A stretch of 49,053 nt of DNA, taken from an uncultured bacterium (GTDB lineage: Bacteria > Aquificota > Aquificia > Desulfurobacteriales > Desulfurobacteriaceae). A program made the position numbers and the translations under genes. A model generated the notes under the pieces. That model ran no database searches and was not told the origin of the DNA. It was given only the letters and a program-made list of their open reading frames with translations. The stretch spans positions 1-49,053 of the forward strand of contig CAZJFY010000001.1 in the NCBI GenBank assembly GCA_964545225.1, written 5' to 3'. The first letter of the stretch is position 1. Every line of letters begins with the position of its first letter. Below are positions 25,020 to 34,012 of the stretch, in pieces.

Positions 25020-26597
25020 ATGATTAAACCAATAGCTAGGTTCAAAAGTCCAGAAATGTATAGATACGCCGACAATGGGAATAAGGTAATTTTTTATTCT
25101 GGTATTTATGACGCCCGAACATTCGGGGCCGTGATGCCAAATATTTTCTGGGGCGGGTGGAATGTTCGTGATCAAAATGTTGCTATTTTGCCTTATGTAG
25201 GATGCGGGTATGCTTCCACATTGTACGGCGGTAACATCTGTGGATATACTTGTGCATATTACAAAGATTTCTATAAGGGTGATTGGGGTTATGTTTTGCC
25301 GATAGAGAACGATAACTTTGTTGTTGCTCTAAGAGGCACACAAGCTCTTGCTGCTATCGTTGACTCTAATTGGAATACGAAGCAGCTTCCTGGCAATGTT
25401 AATTTCGGAAGTTACTATGGTATTCATAATCTTGTTAGAAAAATGCCCAACAATCAGTATGTTTTTTGTTTTGTGAACAGCTACTACGAGAGGGGAGAGC
25501 TTTTTCTTAAGTTCAACGAGCAGTTTAACATGAAACATGGATCAAAAGTGATAAGTAATTGGTGTATTCCTTACATCCACTGGTCTTCAGATATGTATAT
25601 CCTAGCTTCGAGTAATGGTTTTAACGACACTGGCAGACATATATTGTATCTCTATGACTTTAACACCGAAAGGGTAACAGTATTAACCGACTTTAAAGGT
25701 GGATATGTTAGAATCACTTCCATTCCATCTCAATTAATTGACCTAGATGAACAGACTTGGATTTACTTTATCATTCAACCTAGGGCTCAAGACAGTTTGT
25801 TTTATAGAGCCGTTAGAATTAACAAGAACTCTTTTTCCGCCCAAAGAGAAGATTGGACAGTTGATTACGGTGGTAATTCTGAGAATTCTGTTGTTTTCTT
25901 AAGGAACAATGATAGAAGATGTGGAATTGATTGCTGGGTGATGAAAGACGACGAAGGCAACCATTATCTCAATGTTTTGTTTATTTCTAGAGATGATTAT
26001 CATGCTAATGATGCATACTACAAGATTATTACCTTCAGTATCGACTTCGATAATAGGAAGCTGACCTATGTGTCCCACTACAACTTTAATCAACAAGTAT
26101 GCTCTTTTTTCCCATTGACTTCCCGATTCAATGAAATTTGTGTTCTTGGCATGTCTTCTACATTTTTCCTTGAGTTCAATTTTAATGAAAGTAAATGGAT
26201 AGATTATATCCAACCCTTTAGGTCTTTTTATGTGTTTACTGACAGTCTAGGTAGGCTATGGGCTATCGATGCTGGGCATAGATTGTATCCTATTATGAAA
26301 ACTGTTCCTGATAGTGTTTATCTTAAGCTTGAGAATCCTTATGTTGTTTATTCTGGAGAAGCTGTTGATAACAACATTCTAATAGATGTTTACAACTACC
26401 GTGGAGAGCGTATTTCTGTTGAAGGAGACCTCGTAATTTTGAGTGACAACATGGAATTCCCAGATCACTCTAAAATCAAGCATGTTGTTACAAGTAAAGA
26501 AGCAACGACTGTTGTGCCGGTCAAAATCATAGGTGGTGGTTTTTACAGCGTTGACTTCAGAATTACTTCACTAGCAGAAGGACAAGGTGGTGGATAG
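25020..26597 (+). CDS. Large beta-rich protein with C-terminal Ig-like domain, paralog E
   Basis: GAGGAGGGCA SD. C-terminus 'YNYRGERISVEGDLVILSDNMEFPDHSKIKHVVTSKEATTVVPVKIIGGGFYSVDF'. Motif 'LGRLWAIDAGHRLYPI'. Confidence 0.8.
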   Translation: MIKPIARFKSPEMYRYADNGNKVIFYSGIYDARTFGAVMPNIFWGGWNVRDQNVAILPYVGCGYASTLYGGNICGYTCAYYKDFYKGDWGYVLPIENDNFVVALRGTQALAAIVDSNWNTKQLPGNVNFGSYYGIHNLVRKMPNNQYVFCFVNSYYERGELFLKFNEQFNMKHGSKVISNWCIPYIHWSSDMYILASSNGFNDTGRHILYLYDFNTERVTVLTDFKGGYVRITSIPSQLIDLDEQTWIYFIIQPRAQDSLFYRAVRINKNSFSAQREDWTVDYGGNSENSVVFLRNNDRRCGIDCWVMKDDEGNHYLNVLFISRDDYHANDAYYKIITFSIDFDNRKLTYVSHYNFNQQVCSFFPLTSRFNEICVLGMSSTFFLEFNFNESKWIDYIQPFRSFYVFTDSLGRLWAIDAGHRLYPIMKTVPDSVYLKLENPYVVYSGEAVDNNILIDVYNYRGERISVEGDLVILSDNMEFPDHSKIKHVVTSKEATTVVPVKIIGGGFYSVDFRITSLAEGQGGG

Positions 26598-26599
26598 CT

Positions 26600-27703
26600 G
26601 TGATAGAAGTTTCCGCTGTTTTGGGTTGGGGGGACGATTATTTCCACACTTACAATCCAGTAGTTGTTAACAACCTTGCTTGGGGTATTGGGCGCTCGTC
26701 TAAGATCTTTTCAGTCGTTCACTCTTATCCATTGAATAGATGTATAAGAACAGATGTTTTTACAAACTGGAAAGGACATAAGAAAACTGTTGGTTCCATA
26801 ACAACAAGAAAGTTTGACTTTGATGTTAATATGGTAAAACATACATCTGGAACGATACATTGCGAACCTTTTGGCTTTACGCCCTGTAAGGCCAATCTTC
26901 AGGGGTTAATTAAGGTTGTTCCGCACAACATTAATGAAAAAGCTCGTTTGATAGGGCTTATTGATAAGAAGTTAGTTTATTCATCTCTTACCTTTTGTGT
27001 CGGTAATGCTTATTCGGTTTTTAAAAGTTCTTTTTCTTTTAGTGGCACTATTCGCGAAAAAACCAAAGAGATGACGCGGGAGCTCGGCATAAGTGGAAAT
27101 ATTAGGATATCCCCTGAGCTGGCATACACTGCTCTTAATTTAGCCTTTAGCAATTTAGGTTCTTATAACAACGAACTGGTGGGCGTTATTCGCACTATCG
27201 AGAAAAATACTGAATGGATTAAGCGTAGGAAGCTACTTTGTGGTGTTGTTGGTCTTAAGTTTAAGAAGCTTAAAATGCACGAATTGCTCTCTGGAGTTGT
27301 TTTTCTTCCGCGCACATGGAACGGCGTTAGAACTTCTAGAGCTGTTGGTTTGATCAGAGATGTAATGAGATTTGGCAGAGGTGTTTATGAAGCAAGCATC
27401 TGGGGTTTTATTAGATCTGAAAGTTCTGGTTCAGTACAGAAACAGATTATCGAACTTGAGGTTTTTGCCGAAATAGGGAAATTCAATGTCATTTGTAGGT
27501 TTGAACAGGGAGAAAAAGTTATAGCTTTTTCTGGTGGTGATTGGGACGATTTTGTTTCAAAGGATAGAAGAACTATAGCCGGTTTTATTTCGTTTGATCA
27601 CGAAAAATTGTTTATAATAGAGACGAATAGAGCGGTTTATAAGATGAGGGTTAAACCCTTCTGGCCTTGGCGGCGTGGATTGTTTGAAAGGGGGATTGTA
27701 TGA
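26600..27703 (+). CDS. Hypothetical basic protein (367 aa)
   Basis: GTG start 2 nt after the upstream stop, with GGTGGTGGA upstream. Confidence 0.65.
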   Translation: MIEVSAVLGWGDDYFHTYNPVVVNNLAWGIGRSSKIFSVVHSYPLNRCIRTDVFTNWKGHKKTVGSITTRKFDFDVNMVKHTSGTIHCEPFGFTPCKANLQGLIKVVPHNINEKARLIGLIDKKLVYSSLTFCVGNAYSVFKSSFSFSGTIREKTKEMTRELGISGNIRISPELAYTALNLAFSNLGSYNNELVGVIRTIEKNTEWIKRRKLLCGVVGLKFKKLKMHELLSGVVFLPRTWNGVRTSRAVGLIRDVMRFGRGVYEASIWGFIRSESSGSVQKQIIELEVFAEIGKFNVICRFEQGEKVIAFSGGDWDDFVSKDRRTIAGFISFDHEKLFIIETNRAVYKMRVKPFWPWRRGLFERGIV

Positions 27704-27960
27704 TGAAGAAGGAGATTAGATACGAAAATGGTAGATATGTTGTTGTTATCATGAGGGACAACGGAGAGGAGCTTGTTTATCAGCCCTTTAATCCTAAAAC
27801 GGGAAAAAACTTTACTGATGAAGAAGAAGCTAGACTTTGGGCTAATGAGATGATGGAAATCATTGTTGCTTTTGAGCAGTCGACTCCTGAAGCATCTAGT
27901 GATGAGACTGTTGAAAGCGCTGAAAGATCAACAAAAGAAATGAAGCCTAATGAGGAATAG
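27700..27960 (+). CDS. Hypothetical small acidic protein (86 aa)
   Basis: ATGA overlap with the upstream gene, with AGGGGG upstream. Confidence 0.6.
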   Translation: MMKKEIRYENGRYVVVIMRDNGEELVYQPFNPKTGKNFTDEEEARLWANEMMEIIVAFEQSTPEASSDETVESAERSTKEMKPNEE

Positions 27961-27977
27961 ATATCTGGGGGTAAGCC

Positions 27978-28571
27978 ATGGGCTTGATGTATGAAACGCA
28001 AGAATATGTTCAGCGTGGGTATTCTCCTGAAAGAAGAATATACACGATGAATGCTGATGATTATCAGCCTGATATTTATTACGGTCTTTATGCCTCTGGA
28101 GGTAGCGTAAGGCGGCTTCAAGAATGGCTTAATCTTACAGTTTTTAGATTTGGTAATAAGATAAGGGTTGATGGGCTTTACGGCGAACAAACTAGAAGAG
28201 CAGTTAAAAAATTACAGAAGTTTCTAAACTTGACATTTGGAGAACATTTAAAAGTTGATGGGCTTTATGGATGTAGAACGTACTTAGCTGCTCTGAGGCA
28301 CTATAAACAAGCTGGATGGTTGCCTCCGCCCCCTCCCATTCCAAAGTGGGCAAAAGGGTGTGGGGGACTTGCAGTAGGAAAACCTCAACAACTTCCTGTT
28401 AAACCTGTTTATGTTAAGAAGGACTCTAGCGTTAAAACTGGATCTGCTAGCGTTGCTTCTGTATCTGAATCTCAGCCTCAGAGCGGCATCGACAAAAAAA
28501 CTTTATACATCGGTGGTGGAATTTTGGCAGGTTTAATAGCGTTAATGTTAATCGGGAATCCTAAGGAATAG
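27978..28571 (+). CDS. Tail-anchored peptidoglycan-binding (PG_binding_1) protein
   Basis: 'LQEWLNLTVFRFGNKIRVDGLYGEQTRRAVKKLQKFLNL..LKVDGLYGCRTYLAAL' (PG_binding_1 pattern). PPPPP linker. C-terminal TM 'KKTLYIGGGILAGLIALMLIG'. Confidence 0.75.
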   Translation: MGLMYETQEYVQRGYSPERRIYTMNADDYQPDIYYGLYASGGSVRRLQEWLNLTVFRFGNKIRVDGLYGEQTRRAVKKLQKFLNLTFGEHLKVDGLYGCRTYLAALRHYKQAGWLPPPPPIPKWAKGCGGLAVGKPQQLPVKPVYVKKDSSVKTGSASVASVSESQPQSGIDKKTLYIGGGILAGLIALMLIGNPKE

Positions 28572-28581
28572 GGGTTAGGCG

Positions 28582-29193
28582 ATGGCTACGGTTATGCCGT
28601 TGAGTTATGAGCGAACTTATGTAGAATTTCCATCCTTCTACGGCTATGGATATGGTGGTATTAAGAGCTTTTTCACATCCATATGGAAGGGGGCTAAAAA
28701 GGTAGTTACTTCTACTCCTGTTAAGGTAGCTGCTGGGGTTGCTCTTATAGGTGCAGCTCTTCCTGTAGTTTCTAGTGCTATTGGAGGTGCAGCGGGAGCA
28801 GCAGGGGCTGCTGCCACGGCTGGTAAGGTAGGTACTGCGCTGATTGTTGGCAAGACCATAGCTGACACCGCTATGCAGTATCAGTTGGGCAAAAAACAAG
28901 CTGAGCTTATAGAGGCGCAGAAACAAGCAATTCAGTCTGAATCTGTGTTGTATCAGCAAGCACTAGCACAACAATTACAGGCGCAACAATTACAAGCACA
29001 ACAGATGCAGGCCCAACAGGCATTAGCCCAACAACTCACCCAACAGCAAATGCCAGTTCAACAACAAGTACTAGCCCAGCAACCCATCCAACAACAAATG
29101 TATGCTCAGCCGCATAAGAAGGATAACTGGGTTAAATATGCTGCTATTGGCGGTGGTATTTTACTTTTAACGATGTTGCTACTCAACAGATAA
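28582..29193 (+). CDS. Tail-anchored membrane protein with Gly/Ala-rich hydrophobic core and Gln-rich repeat
   Basis: 'GYGYGGIKSFFTSIWKGAKKVV', Gly/Ala-rich hydrophobic stretch, (QQLQA)n tract, C-terminal TM 'VKYAAIGGGILLLTMLLLNR'. Paralog of the junction gene. Confidence 0.75.
   Translation: MATVMPLSYERTYVEFPSFYGYGYGGIKSFFTSIWKGAKKVVTSTPVKVAAGVALIGAALPVVSSAIGGAAGAAGAAATAGKVGTALIVGKTIADTAMQYQLGKKQAELIEAQKQAIQSESVLYQQALAQQLQAQQLQAQQMQAQQALAQQLTQQQMPVQQQVLAQQPIQQQMYAQPHKKDNWVKYAAIGGGILLLTMLLLNR
28954..29109 (+). repeat. Gln-rich low-complexity coding tract (QQLQA-type repeats)
   Basis: 'YQQALAQQLQAQQLQAQQMQAQQALAQQLTQQQMPVQQQVLAQQPIQQQMYAQ'. Confidence 0.8.
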
Positions 29194-29219
29194 ACTTATG
29201 AGTCTTGATGGAGGTGGAT

Positions 29220-29963
29220 ATGAGACTTGTAGTTGAGGAGCAGAAGGATCAAATGGAAGGCTATGGTTCTATTTGGACTAGGGTGAAAGGATATAAGAGA
29301 TGGTTGAACTTCAAGAGATATTTTGCCTCTCCCGTCTATACTAGAGCTCCGTTTTACTCTGCTTTACCTCATGATGTCGTTAATCTTCTTCGGACAACTC
29401 TAGGCGTGAAAGATGGGTACGAAGCTGCTAGATTTACGGCAATAGCTTGTGTAGTAGCTGCGCATCGTATTATCACTCTCCTCGATCAGCTCAGAAATGA
29501 TTTTGGTAAGAGAGGTACTCTGGCAAGAATTAGGCTTTACTTTAGAACAGCTATGTCTAAGTTTTACAGCGGTTCTCACTCTGAGTCTGGATTAGCTTTA
29601 GTTACATCTCTCTATAAGACATTAGAAGCATTTCATGCCTATCTCAAGGCTTCTCTTCCCTACTTTTCTAGTGTGGCACAAAACCAGATCAGAGCTTATT
29701 TACAAGCTACTCCTGCTGACATTTTCCGAGCAGCTGCTAGAGCATATATACGCATTTTCGGAACCAGCGCTTTCAAGCGTTACTCTCAGAGAGCAAATTA
29801 TTACCGTTTTTGCCAATTGGCTGCAAAGGCTATTAAATACCTCGATGCGGTTGCTCATTCTAGGTATTTAACGAATCATCAGAAAAAGATTTTAAGAAGA
29901 CGATATATCTATCCGCTCTTTAAATTACTGCTAGCTAGAAAAGGATGTCTTCATAGACTATAA
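29220..29963 (+). CDS. Hypothetical basic helical protein (247 aa)
   Basis: ATG 29220 follows GGAGGTGG (29211-29218). The track start TTG 29205 is less likely. Arg/Tyr/Ala-rich. Confidence 0.65.
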   Translation: MRLVVEEQKDQMEGYGSIWTRVKGYKRWLNFKRYFASPVYTRAPFYSALPHDVVNLLRTTLGVKDGYEAARFTAIACVVAAHRIITLLDQLRNDFGKRGTLARIRLYFRTAMSKFYSGSHSESGLALVTSLYKTLEAFHAYLKASLPYFSSVAQNQIRAYLQATPADIFRAAARAYIRIFGTSAFKRYSQRANYYRFCQLAAKAIKYLDAVAHSRYLTNHQKKILRRRYIYPLFKLLLARKGCLHRL

Positions 29964-29964
29964 T
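29959..29964 (+). promoter_or_regulatory. Candidate -10 TATAAT overlapping a stop codon
   Basis: In cTATAAT the TAA at 29961-29963 is the stop of the upstream gene. Lies 23 nt upstream of ATG 29987. No TG extension. Confidence 0.25.
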
Positions 29965-29986
29965 ACCACGACACGGGAGGTGAAGC

Positions 29987-30298
29987 ATGGGTGGAAAATT
30001 TAGAGCTTTGGTGGTTAACGGAAAAGTTTGGAGTAAAAAGACTGGTAATTCTGATCCTCAGACACTGGTAAATTTACTGCAGCCCCAATGTTTTACGCTC
30101 GTTTATGTTCACAAAGACGAAAAGAACCCAACTAAATGGGCGGTAGTTGCACTTTTTGACAGTACTTCCGATGATTGTAAGAAAGTTATTGATGATGTAG
30201 CTAAGAAGCTTGGATACACAGAAGGAATACTTGATCCAAGGTTTGTTAGAAAGTATATAAAGGATAATCCTCTTGTTCGTTTGGCTAGGAGTTTCTAA
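29987..30298 (+). CDS. Hypothetical protein (103 aa)
   Basis: GGGAGGTG SD. Confidence 0.65.
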   Translation: MGGKFRALVVNGKVWSKKTGNSDPQTLVNLLQPQCFTLVYVHKDEKNPTKWAVVALFDSTSDDCKKVIDDVAKKLGYTEGILDPRFVRKYIKDNPLVRLARSF

Positions 30299-30720
30299 TG
30301 CTGTTACCCATTCTAATTGGAGGCGTTGCTGCAGCGGGTTTAGTAGGCGGCTTTTTGTTGGGGCGCAAGCATCCATCTTTTACTCTTGAAGACTGTTTAG
30401 AGCAGTACAAAAAGATGGGGTATACTAATGAGCAGGCTTATCGGATTTGTCTGGAAAAGGCGAGAGCCAGTAGTAGTGGAGATGTTTTAGGCAGCATTCT
30501 TCCTCTTGCTGCTTTAGGGGTGGTAGGGATTTTGGCTTTTAGGTTTATGAGAGATTCAGAGCAAGGTTCTTTTAGGACGATATTGCTTACTCCGAAAATA
30601 GTAAGCTCAGGACAGAGTGTGAATAGTAAAGAACAGGAGATTAAAAATGCTAGTGGTGGAGCAGTGCCTAAGCAAGGAATGCATGAAGGATTACCCTTTA
30701 CACCACACCCAATTAGGTAG
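30298..30720 (+). CDS. Hypothetical 2-TM membrane protein (140 aa)
   Basis: TAATG coupling. TMs 'LLPILIGGVAAAGLVGGFLLG' and 'VLGSILPLAALGVVGILAFRF'. Confidence 0.6.
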   Translation: MLLPILIGGVAAAGLVGGFLLGRKHPSFTLEDCLEQYKKMGYTNEQAYRICLEKARASSSGDVLGSILPLAALGVVGILAFRFMRDSEQGSFRTILLTPKIVSSGQSVNSKEQEIKNASGGAVPKQGMHEGLPFTPHPIR

Positions 30721-31207
30721 CTTTTGGCATGATATTTTTCATCCTGTTGAAACGACAGAGTGGCTTTACTACAAGTGGAGGGATTCAAAAAAGATAGAGA
30801 GAGCATTTGTTTCTGTCTTTGGTAGGCGGCCTACCGATAAGGAAGTTGCTAACATTATAGAGGCTTACATCAGAAATAAAAGCGAGTATGGAGATGTCTT
30901 AAAAAGAAGAGGGTTTGTTCTTGAGCTACAAAAAAGTTTGAATAGGGTTTTGCCGAATAAGATAGCTGAGGATGGTATATTTTATTGGCAGACAGTTGCT
31001 GGTATCATGAAATTTCAGGAATTAAGAGGATTAAAACCGACTGGAATTCTAAACAAAGCTACTTGGCGAGAAATTATAACCCTTGATGTTGGTAGCGATG
31101 CTATTAGAAGATTTTATGAAACCAGGTTTAAAAAGATATCTGTTAAAAAGTTACTTATTGCTGGAATGATTGCTATACTTTTAATAGGTTTTTTAATGAG
31201 GAGGTGA
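30647..31207 (+). CDS. Tail-anchored peptidoglycan-binding (PG_binding_1) protein
   Basis: AGGAG lies 7 nt before the ATG. 'LQKSLNRVLPNKIAEDGIFYWQTVAGIMKFQELRGLKPTGILNKATWREI'. C-terminal TM 'KKLLIAGMIAILLIGFLMRR'. Clear paralog of 36108..36638. The start is uncertain because of a 74-nt overlap with the upstream ORF. Confidence 0.7.
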   Translation: MLVVEQCLSKECMKDYPLHHTQLGSFWHDIFHPVETTEWLYYKWRDSKKIERAFVSVFGRRPTDKEVANIIEAYIRNKSEYGDVLKRRGFVLELQKSLNRVLPNKIAEDGIFYWQTVAGIMKFQELRGLKPTGILNKATWREIITLDVGSDAIRRFYETRFKKISVKKLLIAGMIAILLIGFLMRR

Positions 31208-31210
31208 GCC

Positions 31211-31594
31211 ATGAGCTTCTATGCCGAGATACCAGAACAAGAAGGGCTGTATGAAGAAAATTCTTTGAGTGGAGCAAATGAAGCCACGAAGAGCGAAATT
31301 ACTACTGGTGGAGAAGAAGTTGGGGAATCAAGTATTCCTGAGAAGGTAGAGAAAAAAGATATGGGGAACAAATCTGAAAACAGAAATCCCGATATGTTGC
31401 AAAGCAGAAAGAACTTGATGCCGCATAGATATGCAGCTAGAAGAAAGAAACCTGTTATCAAGGTGGTTAAAACAAAGGAAGAACATTTCGATGCCAATTC
31501 TTTTGTTGCAGGATTAATAGGTGGTATAATTATTTACTGGGGATTAACTAAAATATTTGGTAAGAAAAAACAGGGAGAACAAGGAGAGAGGTAA
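31211..31594 (+). CDS. Tail-anchored small protein (127 aa)
   Basis: GAGGAGGTG SD. Acidic/basic N-terminal part. C-terminal TM 'FVAGLIGGIIIYWGLTKIF' + KKKQ. Confidence 0.65.
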   Translation: MSFYAEIPEQEGLYEENSLSGANEATKSEITTGGEEVGESSIPEKVEKKDMGNKSENRNPDMLQSRKNLMPHRYAARRKKPVIKVVKTKEEHFDANSFVAGLIGGIIIYWGLTKIFGKKKQGEQGER

Positions 31595-31601
31595 GGAAGA
31601 G

Positions 31602-32465
31602 GTGATATTTGATAAAGGATATGACAAAAGTTCTTTTTTGATAGATAGTATTAGGATGCCTCCCTTTTTTGTTCGTGCCTTGCCTATGAGCGGATACAAT
31701 CAAGCAGTTGATTGCGCTTATTCACTACACCCTGCGTTTTTCTCTAGAACCTTCCATACAGATGTTGAGCTTAAGAAGATTATAGTAAAACCTCCAGTTT
31801 ACAACATTGTTAATTTCTTTAAGGCAATTCCTTTAGATGTTACCGGCGCAGATTCAGAATATGCTACTGCTTGTGTCTTAAAAGATACGGGTTATAAAAT
31901 ACCAGATAGCGCTGAAGCATATGTTTACCTCAGAGTTCGGCTTAACAATAAAGACCTTCTGGGTCAAGAAGGATTGTTTTATGTAACTAACAAGAGAAAA
32001 CTTCTGGTTTCTTTTGAGGATTTTGAAGGTAAAGGGTTGTTAATCCCAGCAGGTTCGGAAATGAATATAGAAATTTTAGTAATAGATGTTTCCTTTATAA
32101 GGTCTTTTAGAACGGTAGGCTTTCAGCTGTTGTTCGCTAACGGTAACGCAAGAAGTAAAGAAAACACAATGTTGTCTATTGAATCTACAAGATTATCTTG
32201 CGATTCGTGTAACGGAAGTGCACAGGAAGCTCCTGAAAAAATAGAAGTTCCCCTTGGATATATAGCCGCTACAGGCCCTGGCTTGTTATACTTCCTGCCA
32301 GCACTCAAGAGTATAGATAGTGATGCAGGTATCCCAAGAATCGTTGAGCCTGGCACTTCGACTCCACCTCCTAAGCCTATTCCTGGTGATTGGTACCCCG
32401 TGGACATTATTTTCCTTGGTTTTTATGCTAAAAAAACAAAGTGTGTTTTTGGGGCTGGATCATGA
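31602..32465 (+). CDS. Hypothetical beta-rich protein (about 287 aa)
   Basis: The ORF is open from 31557. GTG 31602 after AAGGAAGAGG avoids the overlap with the upstream gene. Contains 'LIPAGSEMNIEILVIDVSF' and 'CDSCNGS'. Start uncertain. Confidence 0.6.
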   Translation: MIFDKGYDKSSFLIDSIRMPPFFVRALPMSGYNQAVDCAYSLHPAFFSRTFHTDVELKKIIVKPPVYNIVNFFKAIPLDVTGADSEYATACVLKDTGYKIPDSAEAYVYLRVRLNNKDLLGQEGLFYVTNKRKLLVSFEDFEGKGLLIPAGSEMNIEILVIDVSFIRSFRTVGFQLLFANGNARSKENTMLSIESTRLSCDSCNGSAQEAPEKIEVPLGYIAATGPGLLYFLPALKSIDSDAGIPRIVEPGTSTPPPKPIPGDWYPVDIIFLGFYAKKTKCVFGAGS

Positions 32466-34012
32466 ATTACGGCAGGTGTGACATACTAATGGAGGACAGG
32501 AGTTTTGATTTTGCAGATTACACGCTGATATCTTACAACTTTCAAATCGGAGATCTACTTGGAAATGAAACTCAAATGGATTTACCGAAAGATGTTTCTT
32601 TTATTTGCAACACTATAAGTGTCTTTCCTTCCAAAGAACCTATCAATGACGGAGAAGGATTGATTCAAGACATAGCCTTTTCTTTGTTACGCGCTCTTAG
32701 CTTAACTGTAAAAGTTAGGAGTAAAGACCAGGTTGTTGTAACGCCAATAGCTGATCTTCCACTCGATTTGTTTTATTCGAATGATAGAGTTAATTCCGTA
32801 ACTTCTGCTGAAGTGTTTAGTATTTCTGATTTGCTTGGTTCCGGCATAGTTTTTTCTCCAGATGAAGACAATTTATTAGTTGTTTATTGGAATACTGAAG
32901 ATCCGTTTACTGAAGTTGTAAAGAGCATGTTTCCTTGTGTGGATGGGACCACGCTTTACTCCTGGTACGAATCGGCCCTGAGATATCTAAATAGCTTACA
33001 AATTTGCCTAAATGGCGTTTTTGTAAAAAATACCTCAGTAAAAAAGGTATCTGAGAAAATAGCGAAAGCCCAGAGTGGTGAAAGAATTTCTTTGTCTTAC
33101 AGGGTTAACATAGTCAATAAATATGAAAGAAATAAAGATGAAAACACTGGCAATATTTCGTCTTATACTGTTAGACAACTTGTTAGCTGTTCTGAAGGTG
33201 TGTCTGTGGAATTCGGAGAATATCTAATCAGCAACGATCAACCGCCTGTTAAAGCTATTAAGTTTTCTGTAACACTACCCAAGTATCCTCAAACAATGCT
33301 CGTGAAGGATGTAGGTGCTGTTTTCTTTCCTTTTCCTGAGGAAATTGGTGTTGGCGCTGGTAATTCTGATTACGGTTCAGATAATTTTGAGTGGAAGTTC
33401 TGGTTACATGCTGATGGCGATTCTTCTCATTCTTTATCTGTCCCTACTATGAGAGCTCCTGCTAGGATAACTGTATTTACCGAAGAAAAGCAGTACGATT
33501 ATTGGGTTAACATAGTTCACTTGTTGGGCGATGATTTGTACCAAGCAGTGGGCGAGCTAGATAAAATTATGTTTAGCTATGGTGCTGGCAGCGTAAATAA
33601 CCGAGTTGTCGGTATCAGAGACATGTCTGGCTCTGTTCCTTCTATTAGCGAGCTCTTTAGGCAGAGCAATCTACTTGAAAACAAGTTAATGATTCAGATA
33701 GATTCCTTAGCCTTTAGAGCTATTAGAACGATGGAACAGAATAACATCAAATACGATATTCCAAAGGACAGATGGGATTTTGATCAGACAATGACTAATG
33801 GTTTCAGCTTCGTCTTTACCAAGCGCAGTGATAGTGGTTGGTTGTTTGTTTTGCCTCCCATGTCAACAGTCAGGATAGAAGTATTCGTTCCTCTTAGAGA
33901 GATTGCGTTTGCACCCGTTTGCGGTAATTGTACAGATTCAGGAGTTGCTTTATGGCAGCAGGGTAGAATATTTTTGATTGGTTATCTTGTTGGAGGAAAC
34001 AGTAATGCTTAG
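32462..34012 (+). CDS. Hypothetical protein (516 aa)
   Basis: ATGA overlap with the upstream stop. 'LPPMSTVRIEVFVPLREIAFAPVCGNCTDSG'. Confidence 0.7.
   Translation: MNYGRCDILMEDRSFDFADYTLISYNFQIGDLLGNETQMDLPKDVSFICNTISVFPSKEPINDGEGLIQDIAFSLLRALSLTVKVRSKDQVVVTPIADLPLDLFYSNDRVNSVTSAEVFSISDLLGSGIVFSPDEDNLLVVYWNTEDPFTEVVKSMFPCVDGTTLYSWYESALRYLNSLQICLNGVFVKNTSVKKVSEKIAKAQSGERISLSYRVNIVNKYERNKDENTGNISSYTVRQLVSCSEGVSVEFGEYLISNDQPPVKAIKFSVTLPKYPQTMLVKDVGAVFFPFPEEIGVGAGNSDYGSDNFEWKFWLHADGDSSHSLSVPTMRAPARITVFTEEKQYDYWVNIVHLLGDDLYQAVGELDKIMFSYGAGSVNNRVVGIRDMSGSVPSISELFRQSNLLENKLMIQIDSLAFRAIRTMEQNNIKYDIPKDRWDFDQTMTNGFSFVFTKRSDSGWLFVLPPMSTVRIEVFVPLREIAFAPVCGNCTDSGVALWQQGRIFLIGYLVGGNSNA

Noticed and set aside
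30647-30720. The 74-nt overlap between 30298..30720 and 30647..31207 as a frameshift fusion
   Set aside because: The downstream ORF has its own AGGAG SD and ATG. No slippery sequence is seen. The frame relation is +1.
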